A DNA stretch of 63,494 nucleotides, the filler included, from Octopus bimaculoides (lineage: Eukaryota), in the NCBI RefSeq assembly GCF_001194135.2. It is 9 parts of 9 records of this genome, joined end to end, with 100 filler letters (N's around TTAATTAATTAA, not from the genome) between each part and the next. Parts side by side here need not be neighbours in the genome. Positions count along the whole stretch, not along the records: positions 47,189 to 55,226 come from NW_026411584.1; positions 55,327 to 56,859 come from NC_068988.1; positions 56,960 to 59,236 come from NC_068982.1; positions 59,337 to 62,280 come from NW_026360470.1; 5 more parts are not named here. The stretch is one strand, 5' to 3'. The first letter of the stretch is position 1; every line of letters starts with the position of its first letter. Under the pieces are notes generated by a model that was not told where the DNA came from, searched no databases, and saw only the letters and a program-made list of their open reading frames with translations. Shown here piece after piece: positions 47,189 through 60,091 of the stretch. The position numbers and the translations under genes are program-made.

Positions 47189-47918
47189 ATATAAACGTCG
47201 AATCACCATCCGTGAGATATCAAAGAAAGTTGTCATGGCGATAGCTGCTCAGAGGCCTACGCAAAGTTGCAGAAAGTGTATGAAGAAGAGTGTATGAACC
47301 GCTCACAAGTGTACGAATGGTTCAGACGTTTCCAAAATGGCCGAAGAAATGTCGATATTGACGAACGTTCTGGGAGACCAGCAGCCAGCAGAAGTGAGAA
47401 AATATCGGAGATGTGCGTGCAGCTGTGAGGGGAAATCGTTGAATCACCATCCGTGAGTTATCAAAGGATGTGCAGATGAGTTACGGTTCAGTTCAGTCCA
47501 TTATCACTGAAGATTTGGGTATGAGACGAGTGTATGCCAAGTTTGTGACAAAACTGCTTTCAGCTGATCAAAAGAACATTCGGGTTTCAGTTGCACAAGA
47601 TCTCCTGGATTGTGTCGAGAACGATGGAAGCTTTGTGAAAACTTTGCGTAGGCCTCTGGAGCAGGTATCGCCAAGATTTTGGCAAAATTTGATGCAGATT
47701 CTCCGCTTAACTTTTTTTGTCATGATCAATGCGACGATCACACGCTACACACGTTTCTTTCAAGCACTGCTGAAAACAGCGGAAGTGAGTTAGAACAGTA
47801 AAACTTAGTGTGTATGCATCGCAGAGTTCAAGATCAATCTGTGCGAAGCAACTTCACTCTGCATGCTTTAGTTTCGTTACTATGGTAACGGTCCGGATAA
47901 TTATTGATCAGACCACAC
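47189..47918 (+). mobile_element. Fold-back mariner derivative: transposase N-terminal half joined to an inverted copy of the element's 5' end
   Basis: Forward YEWFRRFQNG..DERSGRP..AKFVTKLL to about 47640. After that comes the reverse complement of the 5' TIR, UTR and first codons (MTKKVKRRICIKFCQNLGD). Confidence 0.85.
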
Positions 47919-48290
47919 ACAGGTCGCACACTTCAGTAAGACGTTACACACTGCAACAAAGGTTAAATGAGGTAACATAGTGTACAGCCGCTTGAGTGAG
48001 CGACAGAGATTCTTGTATGCAAAGCATGGCGACAGCTTTTAGCTACTGAAGGTCAGCAACTGTCACATCCTGCCTATGGGTGTTGTAAGAGCTACGTATA
48101 ATTAAATACTATACATGCATTGAATGCTCACGGATGTGTGGTAAGAAATTTGCTTCCTAACCACATGGTTCTGGATTCAATCCCGCTGCGTAGCACCTTG
48201 GGCAAGTACCTTCTTTAATAGCATCGGGCCGACCAAGGCCTTGTCAGTGGATTTGGTTGACGGAAACTGAAAGAAGCCTGTCGTATATAA

Positions 48291-48324
<34 letters not shown>

Positions 48325-48992
48325 AGTAAATGATTGATACTGAAGACAGATTTATTTATCATAACGATTGTTCCGGCATAATTCTACTCTGCTAAATTTT
48401 AAAATTTCATATCTAANNNNNNNNNNNNNNNNNNNNNNNNNNNNNNNNNNNNNNNNNNNNNNNNNNNNNNNNNNNNNNNNNNNNNNNNNNNNNNNNNNNN
48501 NNNNNNNNNNNNNNNNNNNNNNNNNNNNNNNNNNNNNNNNNNNNNNNNNNNNNNNNNNNNNNNNNNNNNNNNNNNNNNNNNNNNNNNNNNNNNNNNNNNN
48601 NNNNNNNNNNNNNNNNNNNNNNNNNNNNNNNNNNNNNNNNNNNNNNNNNNNNNNNNNNNNNNNNNNNNNNNNNNNNNNNNNNNNNNNNNNNNNNNNNNNN
48701 NNNNNNNNNNNNNNNNNNNNNNNNNNNNNNNNNNNNNNNNNNNNNNNNNNNNNNNNNNNNNNNNNNNNNNNNNNNNNNNNNNNNNNNNNNNNNNNNNNNN
48801 NNNNNNNNNNNNNNNNNNNNNNNNNNNNNNNNNNNNNNNNNNNNNNNNNNNNNNNNNNNNNNNNNNNNNNNNNNNNNNNNNNNNNNNNNNNNNNNNNNNN
48901 NNNNNNNNNNNNNNNNNNNNNNNNNNNNNNNNNNNNNNNNNNNNNNNNNNNNNNNNNNNNNNNNNNNNNNNNNNNNNNNNNNNNNNNNNNNT

Positions 48993-49045
<53 letters not shown>

Positions 49046-49191
49046 TGTATGTATATATATGTCTGTATTTGTCATTTCCTTGACAACTGGTGCTGATTTG
49101 TTTACATCCCATTAACATAGCGATAAATTAAAAGGAGTCAATAATAAAATAAGTAATTTACTTCTTTCTTTGGTGATTACAAAGGTACGGC

Positions 49192-49293
49192 AGTGGGAAA
49201 ACTCACTCTGATCGTTCTGAATTTGTTGGTGAGGTCTAGGCCATTATTGAAAACGATCCTTCCAAGACAATCAGGACCATCGCCAGGGACGTA
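49192..49293 (+). mobile_element. Short Tc1/mariner-superfamily (maT-like) transposase fragment
   Basis: HSDRSEFVGEV*AIIENDPSKTIRTIARD, an HTH-like segment; the family assignment is from recall. Confidence 0.5.
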
Positions 49294-50625
49294 ACTACTG
49301 GGGTCGATTAGTTCGATTAAAGCCCTTCAATGCAGTGCTCCAACATGGTCGTAGTCCAATGACTGAAGCAAGTAAGAGCTAAACGATGCGGAGAATGAGA
49401 GATGTTAATATGGCAGACTAAAGCAGGATATCCATTAATAAATGATATCATAAAAGCACATGCGCTTGTGAATAGTGTTATGTACAGACGCAAAAACACA
49501 AATACACACACACACACACACACACACANNNNNNNNNNNNNNNNNNNNNNNNNNNNNNNNNNNNNNNNNNNNNNNNNNNNNNNNNNNNNNNNNNNNNNNN
49601 NNNNNNNNNNNNNNNNNNNNNNNNNNNNNNNNNNNNNNNNNNNNNNNNNNNNNNNNNNNNNNNNNNNNNNNNNNNNNNNNNNNNNNNNNNNNNNNNNNNN
49701 NNNNNNNNNNNNNNNNNNNNNNNNNNNNNNNNNNNNNNNNNNNNNNNNNNNNNNNNNNNNNNNNNNNNNNNNNNNNNNNNNNNNNNNNNNNNNNNNNNNN
49801 NNNNNNNNNNNNNNNNNNNNNNNNNNNNNNNNNNNNNNNNNNNNNNNNNNNNNNNNNNNNNNNNNNNNNNNNNNNNNNNNNNNNNNNNNNNNNNNNNNNN
49901 NNNNNNNNNNNNNNNNNNNNNNNNNNNNNNNNNNNNNNNNNNNNNNNNNNNNNNNNNNNNNNNNNNNNNNNNNNNNNNNNNNNNNNNNNNNNNNNNNNNN
50001 NNNNNNNNNNNNNNNNNNNNNNNNNNNNNNNNNNNNNNNNNNNNNNNNNNNNNNNNNNNNNNNNNNNNNNNNNNNNNNNNNNNNNNNNNNNNNNNNNNNN
50101 NNNNNNNNNNNNNNNNNNNNNNNNNNNNNNNNNNNNNNNNNNNNNNNNNNNNNNNNNNNNNNNNNNNNNNNNNNNNNNNNNNNNNNNNNNNNNNNNNNNN
50201 NNNNNNNNNNNNNNNNNNNNNNNNNNNNNNNNNNNNNNNNNNNNNNNNNNNNNNNNNNNNNNNNNNNNNNNNNNNNNNNNNNNNNNNNNNNNNNNNNNNN
50301 NNNNNNNNNNNNNNNNNNNNNNNNNNNNNNNNNNNNNNNNNNNNNNNNNNNNNNNNNNNNNNNNNNNNNNNNNNNNNNNNNNNNNNTATATATGTACATA
50401 TATTTGTATATATTTGCACATATATTGAGTATGCGCACAATATATACACATAAATACACTATATTTAAATCTATGTGTATGTATAAATGTATATGCATAT
50501 ATATTTCAATTTGTCTGTATGTGTAAATATGTCTGTCTCTCTGTCTGTCTGTTTCTCCATATATGTGTCTGTACATGTGTGTGTGTGTATGCATATGTTT
50601 GTGTGTGTATATATATAATGATCCC

Positions 50626-50700
<75 letters not shown>

Positions 50701-51088
50701 CCCTCTCTTTTCATGTCCTAACCCATTTCTTCCCGTGCCACTCTCCCACGAACTCCCCGCCCATGCGTCGGATACAGGAATGTATTAAGACTGTCTATCA
50801 CCTGTCCGAGTAACGAATTCGGTAAATAACCAATGCCAGTCTTAAGTAATCGATACCAACTAATGGGATAAAACGGCATTAATGATGTATAACAATACCA
50901 GCACCAAATTGGAATATATTTCAACAGGAAACAAAGAACAGCTGTGTAGAAGTTGCCATAGAAACACAATAGGTTAACTATTAGGATGGATTTCTTTACA
51001 GCAGCTCAGAACTTTGGAAATTTCAGTTAATGAAGGTGTGAGAAATGGAATGAAGCTGTGCTGCGCTGTGGCTTTTATCATGTTATCA

Positions 51089-51421
51089 GGCGTAGGAGTG
51101 GCTGTGTGGTAAGTAGCTCGTTTACCAACCACGTGGTTCCGGGTTCAGTCCCACTGCGTGGCACCTTGGGCAGGTGTCTTCTACTATAGCCTCGGGCCGA
51201 CCAAAGCCTTGTGAGTGGATTTGGTAGACGGAAACTGAAAGAAGCCTGTCGTATATATGTATATGTATATGTACGTGTGTGTATGTGTTTGCGTGTCTGT
51301 ATTTGTCCCCCCAACATCGCTTGACAACCGATGCTGGTTTGTTTACGTCCTCGTAACTTAGCGGTTCGGCAAAAGATACCGATAGAATAAGTACTAGGCT
51401 TCCAAAGAATAAGTCCTGGGG
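51089..51421 (+). mobile_element. Well-preserved SINE family A copy (3' end lost in the gap)
   Basis: A box TGGCTGTGTGG, B box GGTTCAGTCCC, core accttgggcag, internal (TA/TG) microsatellite. Confidence 0.88.
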
Positions 51422-52290
51422 NNNNNNNNNNNNNNNNNNNNNNNNNNNNNNNNNNNNNNNNNNNNNNNNNNNNNNNNNNNNNNNNNNNNNNNNNNNNNNN
51501 NNNNNNNNNNNNNNNNNNNNNNNNNNNNNNNNNNNNNNNNNNNNNNNNNNNNNNNNNNNNNNNNNNNNNNNNNNNNNNNNNNNNNNNNNNNNNNNNNNNN
51601 NNNNNNNNNNNNNNNNNNNNNNNNNNNNNNNNNNNNNNNNNNNNNNNNNNNNNNNNNNNNNNNNNNNNNNNNNNNNNNNNNNNNNNNNNNNNNNNNNNNN
51701 NNNNNNNNNNNNNNNNNNNNNNNNNNNNNNNNNNNNNNNNNNNNNNNNNNNNNNNNNNNNNNNNNNNNNNNNNNNNNNNNNNNNNNNNNNNNNNNNNNNN
51801 NNNNNNNNNNNNNNNNNNNNNNNNNNNNNNNNNNNNNNNNNNNNNNNNNNNNNNNNNNNNNNNNNNNNNNNNNNNNNNNNNNNNNNNNNNNNNNNNNNNN
51901 NNNNNNNNNNNNNNNNNNNNNNNNNNNNNNNNNNNNNNNNNNNNNNNNNNNNNNNNNNNNNNNNNNNNNNNNNNNNNNNNNNNNNNNNNNNNNNNNNNNN
52001 NNNNNNNNNNNNNNNNNNNNNNNNNNNNNNNNNNNNNNNNNNNNNNNNNNNNNNNNNNNNNNNNNNNNNNNNNNNNNNNNNNNNNNNNNNNNNNNNNNNN
52101 NNNNNNNNNNNNNNNNNNNNNNNNNNNNNNNNNNNNNNNNNNNNNNNNNNNNNNNNNNNNNNNNNNNNNNNNNNNNNNNNNNNNNNNNNNNNNNNNNNNN
52201 NNNNNNNNNNNNNNNNNNNNNNNNNNNNNNNNNNNNNNNNNNNNNNNNNNNNNNNNNNNNNNNNNNNNNNNNNNNNNNNNNNNNNNNNNN

Positions 52291-52323
<33 letters not shown>

Positions 52324-53078
52324 GTATGTATGTATGTATGTATGTATGTATGTATGTATGTATGTGTGTGTGCATGTGTATGTTTGCAATACCAGTAGGT
52401 TAATGGTGGGCAATATTTGAACAAGACCATCTTACATTTTCTAGAACTATCACAATTAATCTCGTTTTTATAGCATGTGAAGGTGCGATTTGCGGGGAAA
52501 TCAGTCGCTATTTCTTGAAGGGCGGGCATTCAAATTGCCTCTCTTGTTGGCTCTTCTATGTGTTTCATATTCGTGTATAATAATTGTAAGTTAGCTATAT
52601 ACATATAAAGTTCCTAACATCAGTTTGTTTCGCTACGATTTGGTAGGTAGGAAATGAAATAAACCATTAAAAAATAAATTAAAATTAAAATGAATAAATA
52701 CGAAATGTAATGAATAAACATGGCTTGTGAAAAATCTGAGAATTATGTTTCAATTAAAGGTTTGTGTGGCGTGGAAGGTTGAAATATCACATGGCACCAT
52801 GACAAGATGATGAGTGGGAAGAGAACTTGTAAGACATCTTCTGGCAGATATGCAGTGTCTTCCAGTATATGTGCGTGTGTGTGTGTATGCCTGTATGTGT
52901 ATGTGTTTATATAAATAAAATATATGTAAACATATATGTATGTATATATATATATATATATATATACTCATATTTACATGTATATGTGGATAGGTATGCG
53001 TATATTGATCCATCTATTTACCTAAATCTCTCTCTCTCACTCTCTTTATCTATCTATCTATCTCCATATGTATGTATA

Positions 53079-53173
<95 letters not shown>

Positions 53174-53897
53174 AAATATATGTATACTTATGTATATATT
53201 CATGTGGGAACATATGTATGTATATGTATATATACATACGTATATATATATGTGTGTGTGTGTGCGTTTGTGTGAGTTTGTGTGTAGGTATGTGTATAGA
53301 CATGCTGTATGAATATATATATATATGTATATATGGATATACACATACATACACACATATATATTTGTGTGTCTGTACATAGAATTAGATATTTATCAAT
53401 GTCAGTTCACTTGGAAACATATGTAAGTAATTTAACCATCCCCTTTGCAATTGCGCAAATGTATTCATCTTAATTTTGCCTTCATTTAACACTTACACAA
53501 CGAACATATTACAGTGCAGGAATGTTTTAAATCAAGATTAAAAATATAGTTTACAAGTGGTAGTTTAGCCGAAATTTAAACTAGTTTCTTATCTTGCTCA
53601 ACCTACCCATAACTTCAGGGTTCCTCCACTCGACTCATCTATTCAAGAGCTGTAATCAAAATTACATGACTTGATATCGTTGAGAGCAGCTACAGAAGAG
53701 AGACAGCGTCGCTAGATATGATGAAGAGACGTGCAGGCGTGGCTGTGAGGTTAAGAAGCTCATTTTGAAACTGCATTGTTTTGGATTCAGTCCCACTGCA
53801 AGACACCTTGGTCAAGTATCTTATGCAATCGCCTCTGGCCCCGGACCGATGAATGCCATGCGAGTGAATTTGGTAGACGAAAACTGTATGAAAACTC

Positions 53898-53937
<40 letters not shown>

Positions 53938-54845
53938 GTAGTATATTGCCACTTAAGTGTGGCTGACCCCTAGGGGTGGATGTTACTGTTGCTTTTAGCC
54001 CCANNNNNNNNNNNNNNNNNNNNNNNNNNNNNNNNNNNNNNNNNNNNNNNNNNNNNNNNNNNNNNNNNNNNNNNNNNNNNNNNNNNNNNNNNNNNNNNNN
54101 NNNNNNNNNNNNNNNNNNNNNNNNNNNNNNNNNNNNNNNNNNNNNNNNNNNNNNNNNNNNNNNNNNNNNNNNNNNNNNNNNNNNNNNNNNNNNNNNNNNN
54201 NNNNNNNNNNNNNNNNNNNNNNNNNNNNNNNNNNNNNNNNNNNNNNNNNNNNNNNNNNNNNNNNNNNNNNNNNNNNNNNNNNNNNNNNNNNNNNNNNNNN
54301 NNNNNNNNNNNNNNNNNNNNNNNNNNNNNNNNNNNNNNNNNNNNNNNNNNNNNNNNNNNNNNNNNNNNNNNNNNNNNNNNNNNNNNNNNNNNNNNNNNNN
54401 NNNNNNNNNNNNNNNNNNNNNNNNNNNNNNNNNNNNNNNNNNNNNNNNNNNNNNNNNNNNNNNNNNNNNNNNNNNNNNNNNNNNNNNNNNNNNNNNNNNN
54501 NNNNNNNNNNNNNNNNNNNNNNNNNNNNNNNNNNNNNNNNNNNNNNNNNNNNNNNNNNNNNNNNNNNNNNNNNNNNNNNNNNNNNNNNNNNNNNNNNNNN
54601 NNNNNNNNNNNNNNNNNNNNNNNNNNNNNNNNNNNNNNNNNNNNNNNNNNNNNNNNNNNNNNNNNNNNNNNNNNNNNNNNNNNNNNNNNNNNNNNNNNNN
54701 NNNNNNNNNNNNNNNNNNNNNNNNNNNNNNNNNNNNNNNNNNNNNNNNNNNNNNNNNNNNNNNNNNNNNNNNNNNNNNNNNNNNNNNNNNNNNNNNNNNN
54801 NNNNNNNNNNNNNNNNNNNNNNNNNNNNNNNNNNNNNNNNNNNNN

Positions 54846-54886
<41 letters not shown>

Positions 54887-54887
<1 letters not shown>

Positions 54888-55226
54888 CAGATCAATAAGT
54901 ATGAGGATTGCTGTCATAGTAACGAAGTTAAAGCACATAGAGTAATTCTGCTTGACACAGAGTTGCCTTGGTCACTGCTGTGCATGCGCACTGACTTTTG
55001 ACGCTCTAGCTCACTTCTTCTGTTTACAACAGTGCTTGGAAGGAACGTGTGTAGTGTGGGAACGTCGCATTGATCATGACAGAGAAAACTGAACGGAGAA
55101 TCTCCATCAAATTTTGCCAAAAGCTTCGCAATATTTGCTCAGAGGCCTACGCAAAGTTTTCAAAAAGTTTTCATAGTTCTCGACACAATCAAGATCTTGT
55201 GCAACTGAAACCCGTGTGTCTTTTTG
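54887..55226 (+). mobile_element. Second copy of the fold-back mariner derivative, showing the same junction in opposite orientation
   Basis: TIR-like gatcaataagtat, ATG at 55076 (MTEKTERRISIKFCQKL), then gcctacgcaaagtt|ttcaaaaagttttcatagttctcgac. Confidence 0.85.
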
Positions 55227-55326
55227 NNNNNNNNNNNNNNNNNNNNNNNNNNNNNNNNNNNNNNNNNNNNTTAATTAATTAANNNNNNNNNNNNNNNNNN
55301 NNNNNNNNNNNNNNNNNNNNNNNNNN
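55227..55326. other. Artificial 100-bp linker
   Basis: 44N-TTAATTAATTAA-44N. Confidence 0.95.
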
Positions 55327-56661
55327 TATATATATACACACAGTTTGTGTATATGCACAAACGTACCTACACACATATATACATTGATATGCATACATAT
55401 AAGTGCGCGAGTGTATACCATACACATATGTACGCATACATGTATAAATGGGAGAGAGAGAGTAGGTGTTAAAGAAAAAGAGTTATACGGTAAAAGTAAA
55501 GATTCCATTGTATTAACGCATGGACCCATTCTTTGTGCCAACCAACTTCCACATCCAACACTCAGCTCCAAGTAAAAAAGAAACAACAAAAATTAAGGCG
55601 AAATTCCTCGAAACGCAACGAAGCGAAAGTTTTGCCAATCACAGCAAGTGTCAACATACCGTTCACACTAATAACTGTCCGTTTGCATTCAAATAAATTA
55701 GCGTTGAAACAACGAAGCTTAGTTAGTGAATCAGGGAAGAGATTTTAACTGCTGTTGATGTTTGCTTGCGATTAGAAGCTTATCATTTCCTCAGCTACTT
55801 AATAATCTGTGCATATCTGATTCTCCTACGTAATTAAAACAATGTCTGGTTGTGAATAAATACTTGGCGATAGAGACCTATACATAAACATACATACATA
55901 CGCACACACGTAAGCATGTATATACGCATACAAATATGTATGTACGTGCGTATGTATGTATGTATGTATGTATGTACGTGCGTATGTATGTATGTAAATG
56001 TATGTATATGGATGGATGGATGGATGGATGGATGGATGGTGATGAAAGGCATAACTAAATAAATCATAAACGCAGAAATAAATCAGATATTGACATAAAA
56101 TTTACCATAAACTCGTCTGAGTGACATCTTTCTTTAGTTGAATCTTTTAATGAAATTCTTATTTGTGTCATTTCTCTGACGGCAAATTTCATAGAGTCGT
56201 TGATTTATTGCTTACACATTCTTTCTCTCTCTTGTTCTCTCTCTCATTCTCTCTCTCTCTCTTTCTCTCTGCATCAATCTTCCTTCTCTTTGTATATGAG
56301 TGTGTGCGTATATATATATATATATATATATATAAACAATATATGAGTATATGCATATATATGTACATGTATGTACATACCTTCATCCACATGTACACAT
56401 AGATACAAAACTGGGTACATGACGTGGCAAAAGAACATGGACAAAATGATAAACAAGGTACAACAAACAAGCAAGCCACATAGAAACATCTCCTTCATCA
56501 GCTGCCACCATTAAAACACCGGCGTTTCGAAGAATGTGTCGTAATCACTAAATGACAATTGCGATCAGTTCCATAAGCGAAGGAGAAATAATCGCAAGAA
56601 TCAACAATTTTTCACAGCTGTCAATCAGGAAAAGGACAGGCTTATTGTCTAGAGGACAGGG

Positions 56662-56717
56662 GACAGCTATGGACACGTGTTCCTGCTTCAAAAACCGTCA
56701 TCAGCACGACTACTGTC
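56662..56717 (-). ncRNA. Degenerate hammerhead ribozyme motif
   Basis: gacag-tagtc-gtg-CUGAUGA-cggtttttgaagca-GGAA-CACGTG-UC/cat-ag-ctgtc. Stem I and the palindromic stem III are intact; there is an A13G change and stem II is damaged. Confidence 0.5.
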
Positions 56718-56822
56718 TTAACCTAACTCCAGCGACTAAGGGACGTAGACATATACAAAAGTGTAGGACACATTTATGGTCAAAGTAGTTTGAAGAACTT
56801 TTACACCAAAAACTTTAAGAAA

Positions 56823-56859
<37 letters not shown>

Positions 56860-56959
56860 NNNNNNNNNNNNNNNNNNNNNNNNNNNNNNNNNNNNNNNNN
56901 NNNTTAATTAATTAANNNNNNNNNNNNNNNNNNNNNNNNNNNNNNNNNNNNNNNNNNNN
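56860..56959. other. Artificial 100-bp linker
   Basis: 44N-TTAATTAATTAA-44N. Confidence 0.95.
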
Positions 56960-57525
56960 TGTAACTGTAACATGGAATGCGTCTATTTCTGTCTATTAGT
57001 ATTTCATGGCATTTCGATGTACAAATAATACTCAGCCCGCATTTGAACACTTGAGCCGGAAGAGAAACCGGAAGAAATATAGCTGTTCATTTTCCGACGC
57101 TTTCACTAATTCACCTCTATATATCATTATAATGAGTTGCTGAATAGCAAATTTTTACTACACAGTGTGTGAGACCGGGTATCCATTTCTAGCTGAGAAT
57201 ATGGTATGTTTACTGTGTAAATGGACCTGATATATGAGGCAGCTTGACAGTTCCGATAATCGACCGTATAAAAGATAACCGACCATAGAATTCTGAATTT
57301 TTGTTGCGGCAGATTGTTTTTGTGACACTTGATAATATAATATGGCAATTGGGGAGAGATTTATTTTCAGATGTGTTAAAAATATCGTAGTTCAAAAGTA
57401 TTTTCTACACATACTGAAAAGTTTGTAGCTCTTATATTTTACGAAATGTTTAACTTGAATAAAAAGTATTTTACTTCATTATAATGTGTATTTTAAAATA
57501 AATAAATAAATTAATTAATTAATTA

Positions 57526-57588
<63 letters not shown>

Positions 57589-59236
57589 TAATAATAATGC
57601 ATTCTTAATATGCTTTCTTCGNNNNNNNNNNNNNNNNNNNNNNNNNNNNNNNNNNNNNNNNNNNNNNNNNNNNNNNNNNNNNNNNNNNNNNNNNNNNNNN
57701 NNNNNNNNNNNNNNNNNNNNNNNNNNNNNNNNNNNNNNNNNNNNNNNNNNNNNNNNNNNNNNNNNNNNNNNNNNNNNNNNNNNNNNNNNNNNNNNNNNNN
57801 NNNNNNNNNNNNNNNNNNNNNNNNNNNNNNNNNNNNNNNNNNNNNNNNNNNNNNNNNNNNNNNNNNNNNNNNNNNNNNNNNNNNNNNNNNNNNNNNNNNN
57901 NNNNNNNNNNNNNNNNNNNNNNNNNNNNNNNNNNNNNNNNNNNNNNNNNNNNNNNNNNNNNNNNNNNNNNNNNNNNNNNNNNNNNNNNNNNNNNNNNNNN
58001 NNNNNNNNNNNNNNNNNNNNNNNNNNNNNNNNNNNNNNNNNNNNNNNNNNNNNNNNNNNNNNNNNNNNNNNNNNNNNNNNNNNNNNNNNNNNNNNNNNNN
58101 NNNNNNNNNNNNNNNNNNNNNNNNNNNNNNNNNNNNNNNNNNNNNNNNNNNNNNNNNNNNNNNNNNNNNNNNNNNNNNNNNNNNNNNNNNNNNNNNNNNN
58201 NNNNNNNNNNNNNNNNNNNNNNNNNNNNNNNNNNNNNNNNNNNNNNNNNNNNNNNNNNNNNNNNNNNNNNNNNNNNNNNNNNNNNNNNNNNNNNNNNNNN
58301 NNNNNNNNNNNNNNNNNNNNNNNNNNNNNNNNNNNNNNNNNNNNNNNNNNNNNNNNNNNNNNNNNNNNNNNNNNNNNNNNNNNNNNNNNNNNNNNNNNNN
58401 NNNNNNNNNNNNNNNNNNNNNNNNNNNNNNNNNNNGAAAGGTAGATTTTACGTTTGGAGCAAAGCTCTTCGTCTGAAACAAGAGGCGGATGAAAGTCCAA
58501 AAGAAAAGGAAAACGGAGGAAAATATCGCCGACGGTCCTCACGTGGTTATATTTTGAAATAACCGGAAGGGAATGGGTGAAGAAAAAGTTCTTTCTAAGA
58601 CGGGAGAGTGTAAGAATATCTCTGTGTATGTATGGGTATGTACGTGCGAGCAAGTGTGTGCGTATGTATATGTGTGTGATAGCATGTGTGTGTGTTGTAT
58701 GTGTGGTGTTTGTGTGGTGTTGGCTGTTTATATCTGTATGTGTGAGTATTTGCGTGCGCGCAAGTCTCTCTCTCCGTGTAATGGCATGTGTGTGTGTTGT
58801 GTGTGTGGTGTATGTGTGGTGCTGGCTATTTATATGTGTATGTGTGAGTGAACTTTGTGACTCTCAATATTTATAAATTTCGTCCAAAGATCATTGTTAT
58901 TATTATTAAATTTATCTTACATTATATCGGTACAGCTCGAGGCAACCCCGACAAAAAGGGGTTGCCATGCAACATCATTAAGCTGTGATTGGTATAATAG
59001 AATAGGAGCTTTATTGCATATTCAAAATGTTTCCCTTAAGCAAATTGTGTGTGTGGAGGGGGGTGCGGGTTTGGGTGTCTGTGTGTGTGCGTATATGTGT
59101 ATGTGTGTGTGCGTGCGTGCGCATGCGTGGGGTGCGCATTTGTGTGTGAGTGTGTGTATGCGTGCGTGTGTATGTGTGTGTGTGTATCTGTGTGTGTGTG
59201 TGCGTGCGTGCGTGTGTGTGCGTGCGTGCGTGTGTG

Positions 59237-59336
59237 NNNNNNNNNNNNNNNNNNNNNNNNNNNNNNNNNNNNNNNNNNNNTTAATTAATTAANNNNNNNN
59301 NNNNNNNNNNNNNNNNNNNNNNNNNNNNNNNNNNNN
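59237..59336. other. Artificial 100-bp linker
   Basis: 44N-TTAATTAATTAA-44N. Confidence 0.95.
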
Positions 59337-59367
<31 letters not shown>

Positions 59368-59418
59368 GTCTTTTTACTTGTCTTGTATCTCTTCCACGCC
59401 CTACTTTCACCCAACCAC

Positions 59419-59540
59419 CTCCTCTTCTCCTACTACTCCTCTTCTCCTACTACTCCTCTTCTCCTACTACTCCTCTTCTCCTACTACTCCTGTTCTCCTA
59501 CTACTCCTCTTCTCCTACTACTCCACTTCTCCTCTTCTCC
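59419..59540. repeat. 17-bp tandem repeat (ctcctcttctcctacta)n
   Basis: Period 17 is visible from 59419. Confidence 0.85.
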
Positions 59541-60091
59541 TCCTCTCTTTAATCACTCACACCTTCCTCCCTAATTCTATCACTCTCCCCTTTTCTGCTT
59601 TACATCTTGCAGGTGTTGCTTGCACCGTCAACACTTCCTTTCTTATATATATATATTTCTTTTTCACTATTTTCTCTCTCCCACCCTTCTCTTTATCTCA
59701 TTCTTTCCTGCTCTTCCCACCACTCTTTTAGATTTTTACTTAAAAGAAACAATACAGTGGTGACAGCGGCGGAGTTATCTCGTGGCGCAAGTCCATACAT
59801 AAGTTATAGATTCCACGCAGCCGCACAGGTAGATGTTGTTCAACCCTCGGTTAGCTCAGATCGAGCTGAGATATGATCAAAGTCTGAACCATCCCTACTC
59901 AAAATTTTATTTTCTTCTACTTATTTCAGTATTGGACTACGACCATGCTGGAGTACCGCCTTGATGAGTTTTATTTGTTGAATAAATCAAACCCAGTTCA
60001 GAAGTTTTTTAATTTATTTCAACCATTTGAAGCTTTTCAAATTAGCACCGGATTACTTCCATGCTATTGGTGAAAATCGCATATTTTCTCT

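Noticed and set aside
51089-51165. tRNA genes at SINE heads (also about 21935 and 40975)
   Set aside because: A/B boxes are present but there is no complete cloverleaf, and they continue into SINE bodies.
56488-56535. GAAAC...CUGAUGA in type II hammerhead order (minus strand)
   Set aside because: A 5-bp stem II is possible, but there is no valid NUH triplet or convincing stems I and III; kept only as context for the 56662 motif.
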